Shown here: positions 32,455 through 35,113 of the stretch, piece by piece | How the letters are laid out: the number at the start of each line of letters is the position of its first letter | How positions within the stretch are numbered: the first letter of the stretch is position 1 | Source: Chrysochromulina tobinii | Taxonomy: Eukaryota | Length of the DNA stretch: 35,113 bases | NCBI GenBank assembly: GCA_001275005.1 | Contig: JWZX01003250.1 | Location: 1-35,113, forward strand | Direction: 5' to 3' | The notes under the pieces: generated by a model | The model's database searches: none | What the model was told of the DNA's origin: nothing | The model's input: the letters and a program-made list of their open reading frames with translations, nothing else | Position numbers and translations under genes: made by a program

Positions 32455-32950
32455 CTGGGGTGCGGGTGGGGGGTGTCCTGGGGTCGATGGGCGGGCCGCT
32501 GTCGAATAGCTGTCGAAGAGCATGTGAGGCCGACGGGCGGACCGCGGGGGATATCTGCCATGAAACCTGGTGCGTGCGGGTGGGGGGGATGTCCTGGGGT
32601 CGATGGGCGGGCCGCTGTCGAAGAGCCTGTGTATGCCGACGGGCGGACGTCGGGGATCTACCATACAACAGCTGGAATGATGACGGGTACATGAACATGT
32701 ATGCGTCAGAGAGGGGGCTGAGTGTGGCGCTTCCCAGCAGCCAGCACCGTGGGGCCTGCAACCTGGTGTTCGCCGATGGGGTGTGTTAGGGGTGTGTCCT
32801 CGGGTGATGCGATTGCGAAGAGCCTGTGAGGCCGACGGGCGAACGGCGGGGATCTACCATACACCAGCTGGAATGATGACGGGTACATGAACATGTATGC
32901 GTCAGAGAGCAGAGGCTGAGTGTGGCGCTTCCCAGCACCGTGGGGCCTGT
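32455..32950. repeat. Nested intergenic direct repeats (~130 nt pair plus ~35 nt pair)
   Basis: 32622-32758 closely matches 32819-32949 (core gatctaccataca.cagctggaatgatgacgggtacatgaacatgtatgcgtcagagag). tgtcctggggtcgatgggcgggccgctgtcgaa occurs at ~32474 and ~32590. Confidence 0.85.
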
Positions 32951-33284
32951 GAGCGGTGACGGTCCGTCGTCCGATGAGCGGCCAGGCGAGAGTGCCAGAG
33001 TCGAGCTTCCTGTTCCTCGGTTTACGGTTACTACACTTTCGCACACACCTTTCTCTCGCTCAGAATAACCACAGCGCGGCTGCGTATGCTGTCGCTACGG
33101 CTTTACCTTGACAGATGACACCCAGCTCCCAGCATTATTTGTGCGTCCGGCAAGTAAGCGCAAAGCGGTCGACCAGCCACGCAATGGCCGACAGATAGAT
33201 GGATGACTGGATGCACCATCGGAGCCCAGGCTGCAGGCTCAAAGTGCTCTCAAAGTGCACTCAAAGTGCTCTCAAAGTCGACTC

Positions 33285-34758
33285 TCAAAGCGCCCCGCCC
33301 GGCGCCGTCTTGACGGCCGCAATCACCTGGCGCTTGTACTCGCCCCAGTTGTGCTGCTTCTGGATGCTGCGCTGCACCTTGTCGTTGTCTAGGTAGAACT
33401 TCTCGGCGTACTGTCGCATCAGCTCTTGCGTCCTCTCGTCGAAATGATGGTAGAAGTCATACCTGACGAGTGAGGCCATCAGAGGCCATCAGAGGCCATC
33501 AGAGGCCATCAGAGGCAATCTGGCTTCTTCTCGTCGAAGTGAGGGTAGAAGTCAGACGCTCCAGTCCCTGGTCCTGGACGAGGAGCTCTGATGAGGGAGG
33601 CACTCAGTCGCAATCAGTACCTGGACAGGACGAGCAGCTCGACGCGCGAGGTGGTCACCACCGAAGCCGAGTGAGGTGCCTTTTTAGTGGCTCGCTTCAT
33701 GGCCTCGAGGAGCGCCAACTCTCCAAAATATTGGGGCGCGCGCAGCTGGGCGATCTCGAGCAGCGGCCGCTCGGGCAGCCGGAAGTGTCCTCCGCCAGGC
33801 GAGCCAGCAGCGCTCGACTCGGCGCTTGAGCCAGCCTTTGAAAGCCTTGGGGAACGAGACTGGGACAGGAACGCGTCTGACCTTGGCGTCGTCACGAACG
33901 GCGCTTCGGTGCCCGTCCTGCGACTCTCATCAAGGGCCGAGAAGGTATTGAACTCAGATACACATGAGTAGATCTCCGCTAGATCTCCGCGGCACTCCGA
34001 GGCACTCCAAGGCACTCCGAGGCGATCACCTGTGGCACTCAGCGAGGGCCGAGAAGCCAGATCGCATCTCGTAGGGCGTGTGCACGAGCTGGCTCGCGAG
34101 CTCCTCAGTGAGGCCCAGCCGCATGAGGATACGGCACGTGCCCGAGAGGATGAAGTACCTGATGAGGAAGGCCATCAGAGGTGCACTCAGAGGTGCACTC
34201 AGAGGTGCACTCAGAGGTCGCAGGTGCAACCAACGATCATCAGAGGTGCACTCAGAGATGCATGCAGTGAGAGCTCCACTCAGAGGCATCTGTGGGCACG
34301 CGTTACATATTCTCCGCAATCTCGCCCTGCCGGATGACCGTTGTGTACTTCTCGAAACTGAGGAGGAGCGCAGTCAGTCAGAGTGGCGCACTCAGATGGC
34401 ACTCAGATGGCACTCAGCATCCTCCTCGTGTATACCGCCGCTCGGTGAAGAGCTTGGCGAGGCTGAGCAGCTCGTCGTCGCTATGGTCTTCGAAGAGGAA
34501 CACCTGCTTGAGGAAGGCGACGCGCTGCAATCCCTTCTCATGGTGGTGCTTGGCGCACGCCTTGTCATATTGATCCTTCTCGATGAGGAGCAGCTGGGTG
34601 GGCACCTGATGAGGAAGGTCATCCGTGGTGTGATCATCATGCAATCAAGTGGGCACCTGATCAGGTAGGTCATCCGAGAGGGCCATCAGAACCTATTCAG
34701 GAAGGCCTCCAGCCGCTGCCCAGGAACTGCCCAGGCGCAGCAAGCTGATCCTTCTGGT

Positions 34759-34826
<68 letters not shown>

Positions 34827-35113
34827 TAAGGAGCAGGCGAGCTCAGTGCGTAGGCACGCCTTGGTCACGATCGTTGCCGCGCGAGTGCCTGTGCCGAGGA
34901 GAGCGAGCTCGCCAAACGCGTCGCCAACACTGAGCTTGACCACGCATTCTCCGATCCCCTCTTTGCCACTCTTGAAGTCGTTGACGTACACCTCCACGCA
35001 GCGGATACCCCCCGAGAAGATGATGTAGAAGGTAGAGCCCTCGTCGCCCTGCTTGAACACCTGCTGCCCGGCCCCAAAGTTCTTCAGCGTGAGCGTGCGG
35101 CAAAGCTCAAGGA
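33285..35113 (-). CDS. Cyclic-nucleotide-binding domain protein (tandem CNB domains), 5'-truncated; exons >35113-34860, 34605-34436, 34357-34307, 34158-34030, 33917-33621, 33462-33285
   Basis: VFKQGDEGSTFYIIFSG..GDAFGELALL..TRAATI (CNB-A). VIRQGEIAENMYFILSG..YFGELALL..HSASVV..VELLVLSRYDF (CNB-B). Five phase-consistent introns, the first with a GC donor. Confidence 0.85.
34759..34825. repeat. (CAG/CTG)~22 trinucleotide repeat inside an intron
   Basis: Perfect gca run within intron 34606-34859. Confidence 0.95.

Noticed and set aside
34686..34859. Poly-alanine tract in the cNMP protein
   Set aside because: It lies after the GC donor inside the intron. The CNB domain continues in phase at 34605.
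22785..34859. Classical TIR-bearing introner transposon family
   Set aside because: Intron bodies are not full-length similar to each other, I see no terminal inverted repeats, and duplication lengths vary from 3 to 39 nt. Only short cassettes are shared. Not excluded genome-wide.

Overview
GC-rich, gene-dense eukaryotic nuclear DNA, most likely a haptophyte alga. The (GATTGCCTCT)n / CCTTCCTCATCAG intron style and a GC-AG donor suggest Chrysochromulina, but this is inference. About 15 protein-coding genes can be supported, including an ALG5-like glucosyltransferase, an MsrB-fold protein, a C69 dipeptidase, UTP7/WDR46, an organelle-targeted DEAD-box helicase, a cNMP-binding protein and several lineage-specific unknowns. 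Two signals stand out. (1) About half of the 16 spliceosomal introns I modelled in the right 13 kb combine a microsatellite-like filler, often ending in a shared acceptor cassette, with a 13-39 nt copy of their own flanking exon. Most of the others repeat 3-6 nt at the junction. Some introns appear copied from neighbouring introns, and some contain internal AG|GT junctions. This looks like local, microhomology-guided intron birth. (2) The first gene fuses a giant-virus-type ssDNA-binding-like domain to a UIM-like motif, a coiled coil and a threefold repeat domain. All exon models were built by hand from reading-frame continuity and splice dinucleotides, without transcript data.
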